From assembly GCF_044324875.1 (NCBI RefSeq), contig NZ_CP172185.1: a DNA stretch of 64,000 nt; one strand, written 5' to 3'. A program made the translations under genes and the position numbers. The stretch comes from Escherichia coli (lineage in GTDB: Bacteria > Pseudomonadota > Gammaproteobacteria > Enterobacterales > Enterobacteriaceae). Positions 1 to 12,286 of the stretch are shown one piece after another. Positions within the stretch are counted from its first letter, which is position 1. Each line of letters starts with the position of its first letter. The notes below the pieces were generated by a model. The model did no database searches. It saw only the letters and a program-made list of their open reading frames with translations, and was not told the origin of the DNA.

Positions 1-830
1 CGGGAAGCCCTTTTACCGGCGAACGTACTTTACCGCCGGAAGTGATGGCCAATATCGAAGCGAAATATCATCTTAATGATCCGATCATGACACAGTATTT
101 CAGCTACCTGAAACAACTGGCGCATGGCGATTTCGGTCCATCGTTTAAATATAAAGATTATTCGGTCAACGACCTGGTTGCATCCAGTTTTCCCGTTTCT
201 GCCAAACTGGGAGCCGCAGCATTTTTCCTTGCGGTAATACTGGGTGTTAGTGCTGGCGTTATTGCAGCATTAAAACAAAACACCAAATGGGACTATACCG
301 TGATGGGGCTGGCAATGACCGGGGTTGTTATCCCCAGTTTTGTGGTTGCGCCATTATTAGTCATGATATTTGCGATCATTTTGCATTGGCTGCCGGGCGG
401 TGGCTGGAATGGTGGTGCGCTTAAATTCATGATACTGCCAATGGTGGCGTTGTCACTCGCCTATATCGCCAGTATTGCGCGTATTACCCGTGGCTCTATG
501 ATTGAAGTATTACACTCCAACTTTATTCGTACTGCCCGGGCGAAAGGGTTACCTATGCGGCGGATCATTTTACGCCACGCATTAAAACCTGCTCTGTTAC
601 CCGTGCTCTCCTATATGGGCCCTGCATTTGTCGGCATTATTACCGGTTCTATGGTCATCGAAACCATTTATGGTTTGCCGGGGATTGGGCAATTGTTCGT
701 TAATGGTGCATTGAACCGTGACTATTCCTTAGTGTTAAGCCTGACCATTCTGGTTGGCGCGTTAACCATTTTGTTTAATGCCATTGTCGATGTGCTATAT
801 GCGGTTATCGACCCGAAAATCCGTTACTGA
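1..830 (+). CDS. oppB: Oligopeptide ABC transporter permease OppB; 5' end lies outside the window (frame runs from nt 3)
   Basis: The frame is open from the window edge to the stop at 828-830. The translation (GSPFTGERTLPPEVMANIEAKYHLNDP...IDPKIRY) is a multi-TM OppB/DppB-type permease. oppC, oppD and oppF follow in canonical order. Confidence 0.95.
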   Translation, partial: GSPFTGERTLPPEVMANIEAKYHLNDPIMTQYFSYLKQLAHGDFGPSFKYKDYSVNDLVASSFPVSAKLGAAAFFLAVILGVSAGVIAALKQNTKWDYTVMGLAMTGVVIPSFVVAPLLVMIFAIILHWLPGGGWNGGALKFMILPMVALSLAYIASIARITRGSMIEVLHSNFIRTARAKGLPMRRIILRHALKPALLPVLSYMGPAFVGIITGSMVIETIYGLPGIGQLFVNGALNRDYSLVLSLTILVGALTILFNAIVDVLYAVIDPKIRY

Positions 831-844
831 TACTGGAGCTCGCG

Positions 845-1753
845 ATGATGTTAAGTAAGAAAAACAGCGAGACGCTGGAAAATTTCAGTGAAAAGCTGGA
901 GGTCGAAGGGCGCAGCTTGTGGCAGGACGCACGTCGACGTTTTATGCATAACCGTGCGGCGGTTGCCAGTCTGATAGTGCTGGTGCTGATCGCGTTATTT
1001 GTCATCCTGGCACCGATGCTTTCGCAGTTTGCCTATGACGATACTGACTGGGCGATGATGTCCAGCGCCCCGGATATGGAGTCCGGTCACTACTTTGGAA
1101 CTGACTCATCCGGTCGCGATCTGCTTGTGCGCGTTGCGATTGGCGGGCGTATCTCACTCATGGTCGGTGTTGCTGCGGCACTGGTGGCAGTGGTCGTCGG
1201 GACACTTTACGGTTCGCTTTCCGGTTATCTGGGCGGTAAAGTGGATTCGGTAATGATGCGTCTGCTGGAAATCCTCAACTCCTTCCCATTCATGTTCTTC
1301 GTCATTTTGCTGGTGACCTTTTTCGGTCAAAACATCCTGCTGATTTTCGTGGCGATAGGCATGGTTTCCTGGCTGGATATGGCTCGTATTGTGCGTGGGC
1401 AAACCCTGAGTCTGAAGCGCAAAGAGTTTATTGAGGCGGCACAAGTTGGCGGTGTATCGACGTCGGGCATTGTTATTCGCCACATTGTGCCGAACGTACT
1501 CGGTGTGGTGGTGGTCTACGCATCACTTCTGGTGCCCAGCATGATCCTCTTTGAATCTTTCCTTAGCTTCCTGGGGTTGGGTACGCAAGAGCCGTTAAGC
1601 AGCTGGGGTGCATTGCTGAGTGATGGCGCGAACTCGATGGAAGTCTCTCCATGGTTATTGTTGTTCCCAGCGGGATTCCTCGTGGTGACGCTATTTTGTT
1701 TCAACTTTATCGGCGATGGCTTGCGTGATGCCCTCGACCCGAAAGATCGTTAA
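845..1753 (+). CDS. oppC: Oligopeptide ABC transporter permease OppC
   Basis: 302 aa, N-terminus MMLSKKNSETLENF. Membrane permease with the C-terminal FIGDGLRDALDPK motif typical of Opp/Dpp permeases. Length and N-terminus match my memory of E. coli OppC. Confidence 0.95.
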   Translation: MMLSKKNSETLENFSEKLEVEGRSLWQDARRRFMHNRAAVASLIVLVLIALFVILAPMLSQFAYDDTDWAMMSSAPDMESGHYFGTDSSGRDLLVRVAIGGRISLMVGVAAALVAVVVGTLYGSLSGYLGGKVDSVMMRLLEILNSFPFMFFVILLVTFFGQNILLIFVAIGMVSWLDMARIVRGQTLSLKRKEFIEAAQVGGVSTSGIVIRHIVPNVLGVVVVYASLLVPSMILFESFLSFLGLGTQEPLSSWGALLSDGANSMEVSPWLLLFPAGFLVVTLFCFNFIGDGLRDALDPKDR

Positions 1754-1764
1754 GGAGTGCAGCC

Positions 1765-2778
1765 ATGAGCGTAATTGAAACTGCAACTGTGCCGCTCGCA
1801 CAACAACAGGCTGACGCACTGCTGAACGTGAAAGATTTGCGTGTCACCTTTAGTACCCCGGACGGCGACGTCACGGCGGTCAATGATTTGAATTTTTCCC
1901 TACGTGCCGGAGAAACGCTGGGCATTGTAGGTGAGTCTGGTTCGGGTAAATCGCAAACTGCATTTGCGTTGATGGGCCTGTTGGCTGCCAACGGACGTAT
2001 TGGCGGATCGGCAACCTTCAATGGGCGTGAAATCCTCAATTTGCCAGAGCATGAACTCAATAAACTGCGCGCTGAACAAATCTCAATGATTTTTCAGGAC
2101 CCAATGACTTCGTTGAATCCCTATATGCGTGTCGGTGAGCAGTTGATGGAAGTGCTGATGCTGCATAAGAACATGAGCAAAGCTGAGGCGTTTGAAGAGT
2201 CGGTGCGGATGCTCGATGCGGTAAAAATGCCGGAAGCACGTAAACGCATGAAAATGTACCCGCATGAATTTTCTGGTGGCATGCGTCAGCGAGTCATGAT
2301 TGCGATGGCATTGCTATGTCGACCTAAGCTGCTGATTGCGGATGAACCCACTACTGCGCTGGACGTCACCGTACAGGCGCAGATCATGACGCTATTAAAT
2401 GAACTGAAGCGGGAATTTAATACCGCCATCATTATGATCACCCACGATCTTGGCGTGGTGGCGGGGATCTGCGACAAAGTGCTGGTAATGTACGCCGGGC
2501 GCACGATGGAATATGGCAATGCGCGCGATGTCTTTTATCAACCCGTTCATCCTTATTCTATCGGTTTGCTCAACGCGGTGCCGCGTCTCGATGCGGAAGG
2601 TGAAACAATGTTGACCATCCCGGGTAATCCGCCAAACTTGCTGCGATTACCGAAAGGTTGCCCGTTCCAGCCACGTTGTCCACATGCGATGGAAATTTGT
2701 AGTAGCGCACCGCCGCTGGAAGAGTTTACGCCTGGCCGTCTGCGTGCTTGCTTTAAACCGGTGGAGGAACTGTTATGA
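1765..2778 (+). CDS. oppD: Oligopeptide ABC transporter ATPase OppD
   Basis: 337 aa. Walker A GESGSGKS, signature FSGGMRQR, Walker [13 protein letters not shown]. Confidence 0.96.
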   Translation: MSVIETATVPLAQQQADALLNVKDLRVTFSTPDGDVTAVNDLNFSLRAGETLGIVGESGSGKSQTAFALMGLLAANGRIGGSATFNGREILNLPEHELNKLRAEQISMIFQDPMTSLNPYMRVGEQLMEVLMLHKNMSKAEAFEESVRMLDAVKMPEARKRMKMYPHEFSGGMRQRVMIAMALLCRPKLLIADEPTTALDVTVQAQIMTLLNELKREFNTAIIMITHDLGVVAGICDKVLVMYAGRTMEYGNARDVFYQPVHPYSIGLLNAVPRLDAEGETMLTIPGNPPNLLRLPKGCPFQPRCPHAMEICSSAPPLEEFTPGRLRACFKPVEELL

Positions 2779-3779
2779 ATGCTGTAACTGAAGGAAGAAA
2801 AGTCCTCCTTGAAATCGCCGATCTGAAAGTGCACTTTGAAATCAAAGATGGCAAACAGTGGTTCTGGCAACCGCCGAAAACGCTCAAAGCCGTCGATGGT
2901 GTCACTCTTCGCCTGTATGAAGGGGAAACATTAGGTGTGGTAGGGGAGTCGGGATGCGGTAAGTCCACCTTTGCTCGCGCCATCATCGGTTTGGTCAAGG
3001 CGACCGACGGTCATGTTGCCTGGTTAGGTAAAGAGTTGCTGGGCATGAAGCCCGATGAATGGCGTGCCGTTCGCAGTGATATTCAGATGATTTTCCAGGA
3101 TCCGTTGGCATCGCTAAACCCGCGTATGACCATCGGCGAGATTATCGCTGAACCGCTGCGTACCTATCATCCGAAAATGTCACGCCAGGAAGTTCGCGAG
3201 CGCGTGAAGGCGATGATGCTGAAAGTCGGGTTATTGCCTAACCTGATTAACCGCTATCCGCATGAGTTCTCTGGTGGGCAGTGCCAGCGTATCGGGATTG
3301 CTCGTGCTCTTATTCTTGAACCGAAGCTGATTATCTGTGATGAGCCGGTGTCGGCGCTGGACGTGTCAATTCAGGCGCAGGTGGTCAACCTGCTCCAGCA
3401 GCTGCAACGCGAGATGGGATTGTCATTAATTTTTATCGCTCACGACCTGGCCGTGGTAAAACACATTTCCGATCGTGTGCTGGTGATGTATCTCGGCCAT
3501 GCGGTAGAACTGGGGACCTATGATGAGGTCTACCACAATCCACTACATCCTTACACCAGGGCATTGATGTCGGCAGTCCCCATACCTGATCCGGATCTGG
3601 AGAAGAATAAAACCATCCAGTTACTGGAAGGGGAATTACCGTCGCCGATCAACCCGCCTTCCGGTTGTGTTTTCCGTACCCGTTGCCCGATTGCCGGTCC
3701 GGAGTGCGCCAAAACACGTCCTGTTCTGGAGGGGAGTTTCAGACACGCCGTTTCTTGCCTGAAAGTCGATCCGCTTTAA
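2775..3779 (+). CDS. oppF: Oligopeptide ABC transporter ATPase OppF
   Basis: 334 aa. Walker A GESGCGKS, FSGGQCQR, LIICDEPVSALD. Overlaps oppD by 4 nt (ATGA). Confidence 0.96.
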   Translation: MNAVTEGRKVLLEIADLKVHFEIKDGKQWFWQPPKTLKAVDGVTLRLYEGETLGVVGESGCGKSTFARAIIGLVKATDGHVAWLGKELLGMKPDEWRAVRSDIQMIFQDPLASLNPRMTIGEIIAEPLRTYHPKMSRQEVRERVKAMMLKVGLLPNLINRYPHEFSGGQCQRIGIARALILEPKLIICDEPVSALDVSIQAQVVNLLQQLQREMGLSLIFIAHDLAVVKHISDRVLVMYLGHAVELGTYDEVYHNPLHPYTRALMSAVPIPDPDLEKNKTIQLLEGELPSPINPPSGCVFRTRCPIAGPECAKTRPVLEGSFRHAVSCLKVDPL

Positions 3780-3788
3780 ACACAATAA

Positions 3789-3813
3789 GGGCTGACAGTT
3801 GTCAGCCCTTTTT
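3789..3813 (+). terminator. Rho-independent terminator after oppF
   Basis: gggctgac-agtt-gtcagccc stem-loop followed by ttttt, 10 nt after the oppF stop. Confidence 0.8.
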
Positions 3814-3831
3814 CACGCCGAAAGTGATTAT

Positions 3832-5656
<1,825 letters not shown>

Positions 5657-5798
5657 AGATTAGAAATCCTTTTGAAAGCGCATTGTTATGAGTTTACGCA
5701 TATGGATTCATCTGGCAAATAAAAACGCGGGAAAAGCACTGGTCAGCGTCGGGGGCGGGGGTATAATGACCATTCTGTTATTGCATAGAGTAGTTAAC

Positions 5799-5972
5799 AT
5801 GAAGCGGAGTAGAACGGAAGTGGGGCGCTGGCGCATGCAGCGTCAGGCTAGCCGACGTAAATCGCGTTGGCTTGAGGGGCAGTCGCGCCGAAATATGCGT
5901 ATCCACAGCATCAGGAAGTGCATTCTAAACAAACAGCGTAACTCGTTATTGTTTGCGATCTACAATATCTAA
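5799..5972 (+). CDS. yciY: Small basic protein YciY (57 aa)
   Basis: Internal ATG at 5799 of the 94-aa ORF-track frame gives MKRSRTEVGRWRMQRQASRRK...LFAIYNI, 57 aa. This matches my memory of the K-12 small-protein annotation between cls and kch. Confidence 0.6.
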   Translation: MKRSRTEVGRWRMQRQASRRKSRWLEGQSRRNMRIHSIRKCILNKQRNSLLFAIYNI

Positions 5973-5978
5973 ATGTAC

Positions 5979-5999
5979 TGGGCACCATTGCGGTGCCCA
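5979..5999. terminator. Hairpin between convergent yciY and kch (likely bidirectional terminator)
   Basis: tgggcacc-attgc-ggtgccca, a perfect 8-bp stem, located between the two stop codons. Confidence 0.65.
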
Positions 6000-6026
6000 A
6001 TAAGTTTACTCTTCCGTCTTTAAACT

Positions 6027-7280
6027 CTATTTTTGCGCCGATTCTTTACTGTCAGCTTTCGTTTCTTGTTCATCGTTATCGCTGAAAATACCATGACCTG
6101 AGTTCAACAACATTGAAACGAGCATATCATTATTAATCTCTTCACCATTTAAAACTCGCGCCAGAATTTCGCTGCCAAACAGTTGCGGTGAGAGAATGAT
6201 ATCCGGATGTACCATCTTAATCTTATTCAGGTTTTTGCTATCACTGACGGCGAGAACTGTTTTGACATCACTGCTCATATCTTTTGCCGAGAGTACAACA
6301 AACGCGTTATCTGCATCGTTATCACTCAGCGCCAGAATGGCCCGGCAACGATCGATTCCCGCTTTCTTTAATACTGAACTGTCATTACTGTCACCGGGGA
6401 TAACATCAGCGTTATCGCCTAAGCGTTGCTCAAGTTGCTTGATATCATCTTCAGGCAAGTTGCTGATAACCGTTACGTTTTGTCCGCGTTGATTCAGTTG
6501 CAGGATCGTATTGATGGCGAGAATCGAATGTCCGCAAACAATAAAATGATCTTTACGATGCATTGTATGATTGTTTCCTTTTACAAGTTTGTTGAATCCC
6601 CCGCGGATAAGCGGACCAAAAATTGAGGTCATAGAGGTGGCAAAAACGGTAATGCCGGAAATAATGACCGAAATAGTGAACAATCGTGCTGATTCAGAAA
6701 CAGGGACAATATCGCCATAGCCGACGGTTGACATGGTTTCTATCGAAAAATAGAACGCGGTCATCAAACTTTCTATTCGCGGATTAAAACCTTCGCTTAA
6801 ATAAAGCGCACCGTAGGTGGAGTAAAACAGTAACGTCGTGAAACTAATAAATGCGAAAATTGTCCCGGCTGCGGCGCTACTGTGGGAGAAGTCTTTGCGC
6901 AGTATCAGCAAAAACACCAGCGTAAAAATGCAAAATCCAATACTAAATTTCAGCCAGGGATAAAAATGCAGGGTGTAAATTAGCGCTATCAACAACAAAA
7001 TGATACTGATTGCCCATGCGAGCTTTGCCCGGAACAGTAAGCCAATGGAGTTCAGGACAAGAAAGACGCCGAGCATAAATAGTGGGGCGTTTGCCAGCAA
7101 GGAGAGATCCAACTCTGAAAATGCTTTGATATGGAAAATATCAAGCAAATTGACCGACATACCATAGATTGTTTTAAAAATAAGCAATCCATTTAAAAAG
7201 ACGGCCAGCGCGAGAATGTCGTGCCGTAGGGTCACCCATAAATTTGTTGCTGTTTGTTTGAATGTAGCCCAGTGACTCAC
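6027..7280 (-). CDS. kch: Voltage-gated K+ channel Kch
   Basis: Six-TM N-terminal half with the selectivity filter TVGYGD, followed by a C-terminal RCK/TrkA-N domain. A GTG start at 7280 gives 417 aa ((M)SHWATFKQT), the remembered length. Confidence 0.93.
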   Translation of the reverse strand: MSHWATFKQTATNLWVTLRHDILALAVFLNGLLIFKTIYGMSVNLLDIFHIKAFSELDLSLLANAPLFMLGVFLVLNSIGLLFRAKLAWAISIILLLIALIYTLHFYPWLKFSIGFCIFTLVFLLILRKDFSHSSAAAGTIFAFISFTTLLFYSTYGALYLSEGFNPRIESLMTAFYFSIETMSTVGYGDIVPVSESARLFTISVIISGITVFATSMTSIFGPLIRGGFNKLVKGNNHTMHRKDHFIVCGHSILAINTILQLNQRGQNVTVISNLPEDDIKQLEQRLGDNADVIPGDSNDSSVLKKAGIDRCRAILALSDNDADNAFVVLSAKDMSSDVKTVLAVSDSKNLNKIKMVHPDIILSPQLFGSEILARVLNGEEINNDMLVSMLLNSGHGIFSDNDEQETKADSKESAQK

Positions 7281-7530
7281 TGATACCTCTGTAACCACAA
7301 TTTTGTTTAATTATCTCAACGTGCACATTTTCTGAACATACATGCGGCACGTGAATGTGTTAAACAATAGTAGATGACTTTATCCGCAGTAATCAAAGGT
7401 TTTGAGTGAGCAACTCTGCGTCAGGAAAGGGCATTTTTCCTGAATATGCTCACATCATATAAAGAAATACAGATAAAGTTATTATCTGCTTGTGGGGGGG
7501 AATGCACTGACCGACCTATAAGGAAAGGCC

Positions 7531-7558
7531 AAACAAGAACACGGTTGCAAAAACCGTG
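7531..7558 (-). terminator. Rho-independent terminator after yciI
   Basis: On the minus strand: cacggtt-tttgc-aaccgtg followed by ttcttgttt. Confidence 0.7.
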
Positions 7559-7580
7559 CCCTTAAATATTGAATCTCTAT

Positions 7581-7877
7581 TCAGAACACTTTCTTAAATG
7601 GTTTCACTGAAACGTGTTCATAGACTCCTGCCGCTACGTACGGGTCAGCATCGGCCCAGGCCTGAGCTGCTTCCAGCGATTCAAATTCAGCAATAACGGT
7701 TGAGCCAGTAAATCCCGCAGCCCCTGGATCGTTACTGTCTACCGCTGGCATTGGACCAGCTGTCAACAAACGACCTTCATCATGCAGTAACTGTAAACGT
7801 GCTAAATGTGCCGGACGAACGGAAAGGCGTTTTTCGAGGCTATCAGCTTTGTCTTGAGCGTAAATAACATACAACAC
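7581..7877 (-). CDS. yciI: YciI-like protein
   Basis: GTG start at 7877, preceded by aaggag, gives 98 aa ((M)[17 protein letters not shown]). The ORF-track upstream extension has no support. Confidence 0.88.
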
Positions 7878-8034
7878 GGGCACAACTCCTTGTTCGGGAA
7901 AGTTGTAAAGTACGTTATTTGAAAGGGCGAAGATCTGCAACGGAAAGATGATGACTTTGTTAAGACCATGCATAAAGTAAGGTCAATTACGCTAAAAATG
8001 ACATTTTCACTGATCCTGATCGTCTTGCCTTATT

Positions 8035-8053
8035 GAATATGATTGCTATTTGC
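8035..8053 (+). promoter_or_regulatory. Candidate Fur box in the tonB promoter region
   Basis: gaatatgattgctatttgc matches 11 of 19 positions of the Fur consensus GATAATGATAATCATTATC and lies about 50 nt upstream of the tonB ATG. tonB is known to be Fur-repressed. The exact boundaries were not verified. Confidence 0.45.
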
Positions 8054-8100
8054 ATTTAAAATCGAGGCCTGGTTTTTCTACTGAAATGATTATGACTTCA

Positions 8101-8826
8101 ATGACCCTTGATTTACCTCGCCGCTTCCCCTGGCCGACGTTACTTTCGGTCTGCATTCATGGTGCTGTTGTGGCGGGTCTGCTCTATACCTCGGTACATC
8201 AGGTTATTGAACTACCTGCGCCTGCGCAGCCAATTTCTGTCACGATGGTTGCGCCTGCGGATCTCGAACCGCCACAAGCCGTTCAGCCGCCACCGGAGCC
8301 GGTGGTAGAGCCAGAACCGGAACCTGAGCCGATCCCCGAACCGCCAAAAGAAGCACCGGTGGTCATTGAAAAGCCGAAGCCGAAGCCGAAACCTAAGCCA
8401 AAACCGAAGCCGGTGAAAAAGGTACAGGAGCAGCCAAAACGCGATGTCAAACCCGTAGAGTCGCGTCCGGCATCACCGTTTGAAAATACGGCACCCGCGC
8501 GCCCGACATCAAGTACGGCAACGGCTGCAACCAGCAAGCCGGTTACCAGTGTGGCTTCAGGACCACGCGCATTAAGCCGCAATCAGCCGCAGTATCCGGC
8601 ACGAGCACAGGCATTGCGCATTGAAGGGCAGGTTAAAGTTAAATTTGATGTCACGCCGGATGGTCGCGTGGATAACGTGCAAATCCTCTCAGCCAAGCCT
8701 GCGAACATGTTTGAGCGTGAGGTGAAAAATGCGATGCGCAGATGGCGTTATGAGCCGGGTAAGCCAGGCAGTGGGATTGTGGTGAATATCCTGTTTAAAA
8801 TTAACGGCACCACCGAAATTCAGTAA
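8101..8826 (+). CDS. tonB: Energy transducer TonB
   Basis: Start at [17 protein letters not shown]. Contains the N-terminal TM anchor, a Pro-rich spacer with (EP)n then (KP)7, and the C-terminal [18 protein letters not shown] domain. 241 aa here. Confidence 0.96.
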   Translation: MTLDLPRRFPWPTLLSVCIHGAVVAGLLYTSVHQVIELPAPAQPISVTMVAPADLEPPQAVQPPPEPVVEPEPEPEPIPEPPKEAPVVIEKPKPKPKPKPKPKPVKKVQEQPKRDVKPVESRPASPFENTAPARPTSSTATAATSKPVTSVASGPRALSRNQPQYPARAQALRIEGQVKVKFDVTPDGRVDNVQILSAKPANMFEREVKNAMRRWRYEPGKPGSGIVVNILFKINGTTEIQ

Positions 8827-8834
8827 GCAGAAAG

Positions 8835-8862
8835 TCAAAAGCCTCCGACCGGAGGCTTTTGA
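8835..8862. terminator. Bidirectional terminator between tonB and yciA
   Basis: tcaaaagcctcc-gacc-ggaggcttttga, a perfect 12-bp stem with an A-tract on one side and a T-tract on the other. It matches the published tonB/P14 bidirectional terminator arrangement. Confidence 0.9.
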
Positions 8863-8865
8863 TTA

Positions 8866-9264
8866 TTACTCAACAGGTAAGGCGCGAGGTTTTCCTTCAG
8901 GATCAACCGCGACATACTTAAATAATGCTTCTGTCGCTTTATAGCGTTGCCCGATGGGTTCAGACGCGACTTTTTTCACCCACACTTCAATATTAATGCT
9001 GACCGATGTCGTCCCTTTCTGGACACAGCGTGCATAGCAGCACACCACATCGCCGACCGCAACCGGCCGTAAGAAAGTCATTCCTTCAACCCGCACAGTC
9101 ACGACGCGACCGTGGGCAATTTCTTTCGCCAGAATAGCGCCGCCAATATCCATTTGTGACATTAACCAACCACCAAAGATGTCACCATTGGCATTGGTAT
9201 CGGCGGGCATGGCTAAAGTACGTAAAACAAGATCGCCCTGAGGGACGTTATGTGTTGTAGACAT
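8866..9264 (-). CDS. yciA: Acyl-CoA thioesterase YciA (hotdog fold)
   Basis: 132 aa, MSTTHNVPQGDLVLRTLAMPADTNANGDIFGGW, a hotdog thioesterase signature. Conserved position. Confidence 0.93.
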   Translation of the reverse strand: MSTTHNVPQGDLVLRTLAMPADTNANGDIFGGWLMSQMDIGGAILAKEIAHGRVVTVRVEGMTFLRPVAVGDVVCCYARCVQKGTTSVSINIEVWVKKVASEPIGQRYKATEALFKYVAVDPEGKPRALPVE

Positions 9265-9368
9265 GGTAAAACCGACTTAAAAGGAAAATCACAGGCGCGA
9301 TGCTACTATGATTTTCCTGAGGAGAACAGAGGAGATACAGCGCCAGCCCCGAAGGACTGGCAGTCTGG

Positions 9369-9908
9369 TTAGGATTTATCTTCCTGCGGCATGTGGCGGT
9401 AGATATAGATACCGCTTAACAATGTGAAGATTAAGGTAAGGGCGGTCAGGCCAAAGACTTTAAAGTTGACCCAAATATTTTGCGGCAGCCAGAATGCGAT
9501 GTAGATGTTTGCCAGACCGCAAAGGATAAAGAAAACAGCCCAGGCCAGATTCAGCTTCGACCATACCGGTTGCGGCAGCGTGAGTTCTTTACCCAGCATC
9601 CGCTGAATTAGCGGCTTTTTCATCACCCATTGGCTGACTAACAGGGCTCCCGCAAACAGAGCATAAATGACTGTAACCTTCCATTTAATAAACTCATCAT
9701 TGTGGAAGAACAGCGTCAAGCCACCGAAGACGACCACCAGAACAAAAGTGATCAGGGCCATCTTCTCAACCTTACGAAAGCGAACCCAGCTATATATAAG
9801 CACAATCGCCGTGGCGACGATCAGCGCCGCAGTAGCCGCATAGATGTCATAAATCTTGTAAAACGCGAAAAAGACAACCAGCGGTAAAAAATCAAGAAAC
9901 TGCTTCAT
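9369..9908 (-). CDS. yciB: Inner-membrane protein YciB (intracellular septation protein family)
   Basis: 179 aa, five predicted TM segments, [18 protein letters not shown]. Confidence 0.93.
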   Translation of the reverse strand: MKQFLDFLPLVVFFAFYKIYDIYAATAALIVATAIVLIYSWVRFRKVEKMALITFVLVVVFGGLTLFFHNDEFIKWKVTVIYALFAGALLVSQWVMKKPLIQRMLGKELTLPQPVWSKLNLAWAVFFILCGLANIYIAFWLPQNIWVNFKVFGLTALTLIFTLLSGIYIYRHMPQEDKS

Positions 9909-9937
9909 TTTACGATTCCGTAATCAAATGCTTAAGG

Positions 9938-10681
9938 TTATTGGCGAATCAACATATACAGGCGGAACAGATAGATGAGCAGTACGGCTGAAATCAGGTT
10001 GCTCAAGGTGTTCGCCAGTACGGCACCAATTTCCGGGGTTAATGCGGCAAAAGAAGAGGCAAAAAGCAGCAACAGTGTCTTTGCCAGCAACCAGCTCAGT
10101 ACTGCGGGTGCCACCAGACGCATATTCGCCCAGGTCAGGCGCATGCTGCTTCGCATCGAGGCAAAAATGCCCATTTTGTCCTGTACCAACATCACCGGTG
10201 CCAGGGCCAATAAAATGGCCATGATAATTCCCGGAACGACCACCAGCATGATGCCAATCTGTACTAAAAGGGTAGTCAGAAAAATCAGAATAAATAACTT
10301 GGGCAATATCGGCGCACTGGCACCAATAGCTCGCAGCGCACTGACTCTCTGACCCGCAGACACCAGCTGGATAATTAATATTACGCCTCCGGCGAGAATG
10401 GCGTTACCGATTAATCCTGAAAAAGTGGACGCCGCTGAAGCCTGCAGCAAAATTTGTTGCTGTTCCGGTGACATATTCTGAACCAGGTCGAACAACCCAC
10501 TACTGCCGCTAACGGGCACGCCGTCATTGAGCTGCGCAAGCTGTGCATCACTGGGTGAGAAAACATGCCCTAACACCACTGTGATAAACGCACATAGCAA
10601 CGATACCAGCAGAATGGTCATAAATTGATTACGGAAGAAATTTCCGGTGTCACGGTATACGGACTGCGCCGTGATAGACAT
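9938..10681 (-). CDS. yciC: Inner-membrane protein YciC (UPF0259)
   Basis: 247 aa, polytopic membrane protein. Conserved position after yciB. Confidence 0.92.
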   Translation of the reverse strand: MSITAQSVYRDTGNFFRNQFMTILLVSLLCAFITVVLGHVFSPSDAQLAQLNDGVPVSGSSGLFDLVQNMSPEQQQILLQASAASTFSGLIGNAILAGGVILIIQLVSAGQRVSALRAIGASAPILPKLFILIFLTTLLVQIGIMLVVVPGIIMAILLALAPVMLVQDKMGIFASMRSSMRLTWANMRLVAPAVLSWLLAKTLLLLFASSFAALTPEIGAVLANTLSNLISAVLLIYLFRLYMLIRQ

Positions 10682-11037
10682 GCACTCTCCTTGAGTTTTA
10701 TGCAGGTGTTAATTAGCGGGCAATTGTACCCTGGTTAAGCCTCGGGTGGCAGCATCAGGTCTTGTATGGAAAAGCATATCTTTGTAAAGCGGAGGTAATT
10801 GCTGGCCTTCAGGCGTGGGCAAACCGCGGCAAGTGGCGAACGAGTTAATATTTGCGTAGCGAAAATATTTAAAAATTGATTTAAATCACATTAACCAGGA
10901 TTCTCAATGCAACTTCTAAATTAATCCAGATCAATAAATGGTGAATTATCATATGTAATGTGATCTATGTAGGATCATTTGTTACTCCAATGTAGGTATA
11001 TTCGTCACGTTTTTATAACCATAACGACGGAGCGGAT

Positions 11038-11676
11038 ATGAAAAAGTTAACAGTGGCGGCTTTGGCAGTAACAACTCTTCTCTCTGGCAGTGCCTATGCG
11101 CATGAAGCAGGCGAATTTTTTATGCGTGCAGGGTCTGCAACCGTACGTCCAACAGAAGGTGCTGGTGGTACGTTAGGAAGTCTGGGTGGATTCAGCGTGA
11201 CCAATAACACGCAACTGGGCCTGACGTTTACTTATATGGCGACCGATAACATTGGTGTGGAATTGCTGGCAGCGACGCCGTTCCGCCATAAAATCGGCAC
11301 CCGGGCGACCGGCGATATTGCAACCGTTCATCATCTGCCGCCAACACTGATGGCGCAGTGGTATTTTGGTGATGCCAGCAGCAAATTCCGTCCTTACGTT
11401 GGTGCAGGTATTAACTACACCACCTTCTTTGATAATGGATTTAACGATCATGGCAAAGAGGCGGGGCTTTCCGATCTCAGTCTGAAAGACTCCTGGGGAG
11501 CTGCCGGGCAGGTGGGGGTTGATTATCTGATTAACCGTGACTGGTTGGTTAACATGTCAGTCTGGTACATGGATATCGATACCACTGCCAATTATAAACT
11601 GGGCGGTGCACAGCAACACGATAGCGTACGCCTCGATCCGTGGGTGTTTATGTTCTCAGCAGGATATCGTTTTTAA
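11038..11676 (+). CDS. ompW: Outer-membrane protein OmpW
   Basis: 212 aa. Signal peptide MKKLTVAALAVTTLLSGSAYA|HEAG, beta-barrel pattern, C-terminal ...SAGYRF. Confidence 0.96.
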   Translation: MKKLTVAALAVTTLLSGSAYAHEAGEFFMRAGSATVRPTEGAGGTLGSLGGFSVTNNTQLGLTFTYMATDNIGVELLAATPFRHKIGTRATGDIATVHHLPPTLMAQWYFGDASSKFRPYVGAGINYTTFFDNGFNDHGKEAGLSDLSLKDSWGAAGQVGVDYLINRDWLVNMSVWYMDIDTTANYKLGGAQQHDSVRLDPWVFMFSAGYRF

Positions 11677-11690
11677 TTCCGCACAAAAAT

Positions 11691-11710
11691 GACCCCGTAA
11701 TTACGGGGTC
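11691..11710. terminator. Bidirectional terminator between ompW and yciE
   Basis: gaccccgtaa/ttacggggtc is a 20-nt perfect palindrome flanked by an A-run upstream and AT-rich sequence downstream. Confidence 0.75.
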
Positions 11711-11734
11711 AATAAGGACATGGTATAAAGGGTA

Positions 11735-12241
11735 TTATTTCTTCGCTTCCACGCCATCAGTTTCAGAGCGAATTAAGAATTTCTCAGTTGTTTGCGGAAT
11801 ATGCTGAATTAGCCAGTCGGCCATGTGCTTTTCCTCATTTAAAATCGCTTCGATAATCGGAATTGAGGCTGTATCACCGGCATTTTTTGCTGCTGCTAAG
11901 AGTGAGGTATAACAGGCGATTTCAAATTGCTCGAAGACATATCCGCTAATAGAGCCTTTGACTATTTCATCAGAAGGGAATATACCACCGATTGACTGTC
12001 CAAGCGCAGCCATTTTACTCATGGAATCTTTAATGACTGAACGTGAAATGTCATTACGATCAAGAATAGTTTCCAGTTGAACAATCTGGTTTTTGGTTTC
12101 ACTAAGATGTTGTTCAATACGAGCGCGTAGTTCAGGATAATTATCTATACGACTGGCCATGGATTCAAGCATAGATTCGGCTTGCTTTTCCATTGCGTGG
12201 GCGTCACGTAACCAGTCATGATAATGTTCAATACGATTCAT
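11735..12241 (-). CDS. yciE: Ferritin-like stress protein YciE (DUF892)
   Basis: 168 aa, helical, paralogous to the adjacent YciF. Conserved position. Confidence 0.92.
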   Translation of the reverse strand: MNRIEHYHDWLRDAHAMEKQAESMLESMASRIDNYPELRARIEQHLSETKNQIVQLETILDRNDISRSVIKDSMSKMAALGQSIGGIFPSDEIVKGSISGYVFEQFEIACYTSLLAAAKNAGDTASIPIIEAILNEEKHMADWLIQHIPQTTEKFLIRSETDGVEAKK

Positions 12242-12286
12242 GAAAATGTCCTCTTTATAAAATGACTAAAAGTTAAAGTTCATATT

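Noticed and set aside
5688-5972. 94-aa ORF-track frame between clsA and kch
   Set aside because: Only the distal 57 codons (from the ATG at 5799) match the known small protein YciY. The upstream part overlaps the clsA promoter region and has no support.
8283-8582. 99-aa minus-strand ORF with [11 protein letters not shown] repeats
   Set aside because: It is the antisense translation of the tonB (EP)n/(KP)n repeat region, so it is an artefact of the repeat.
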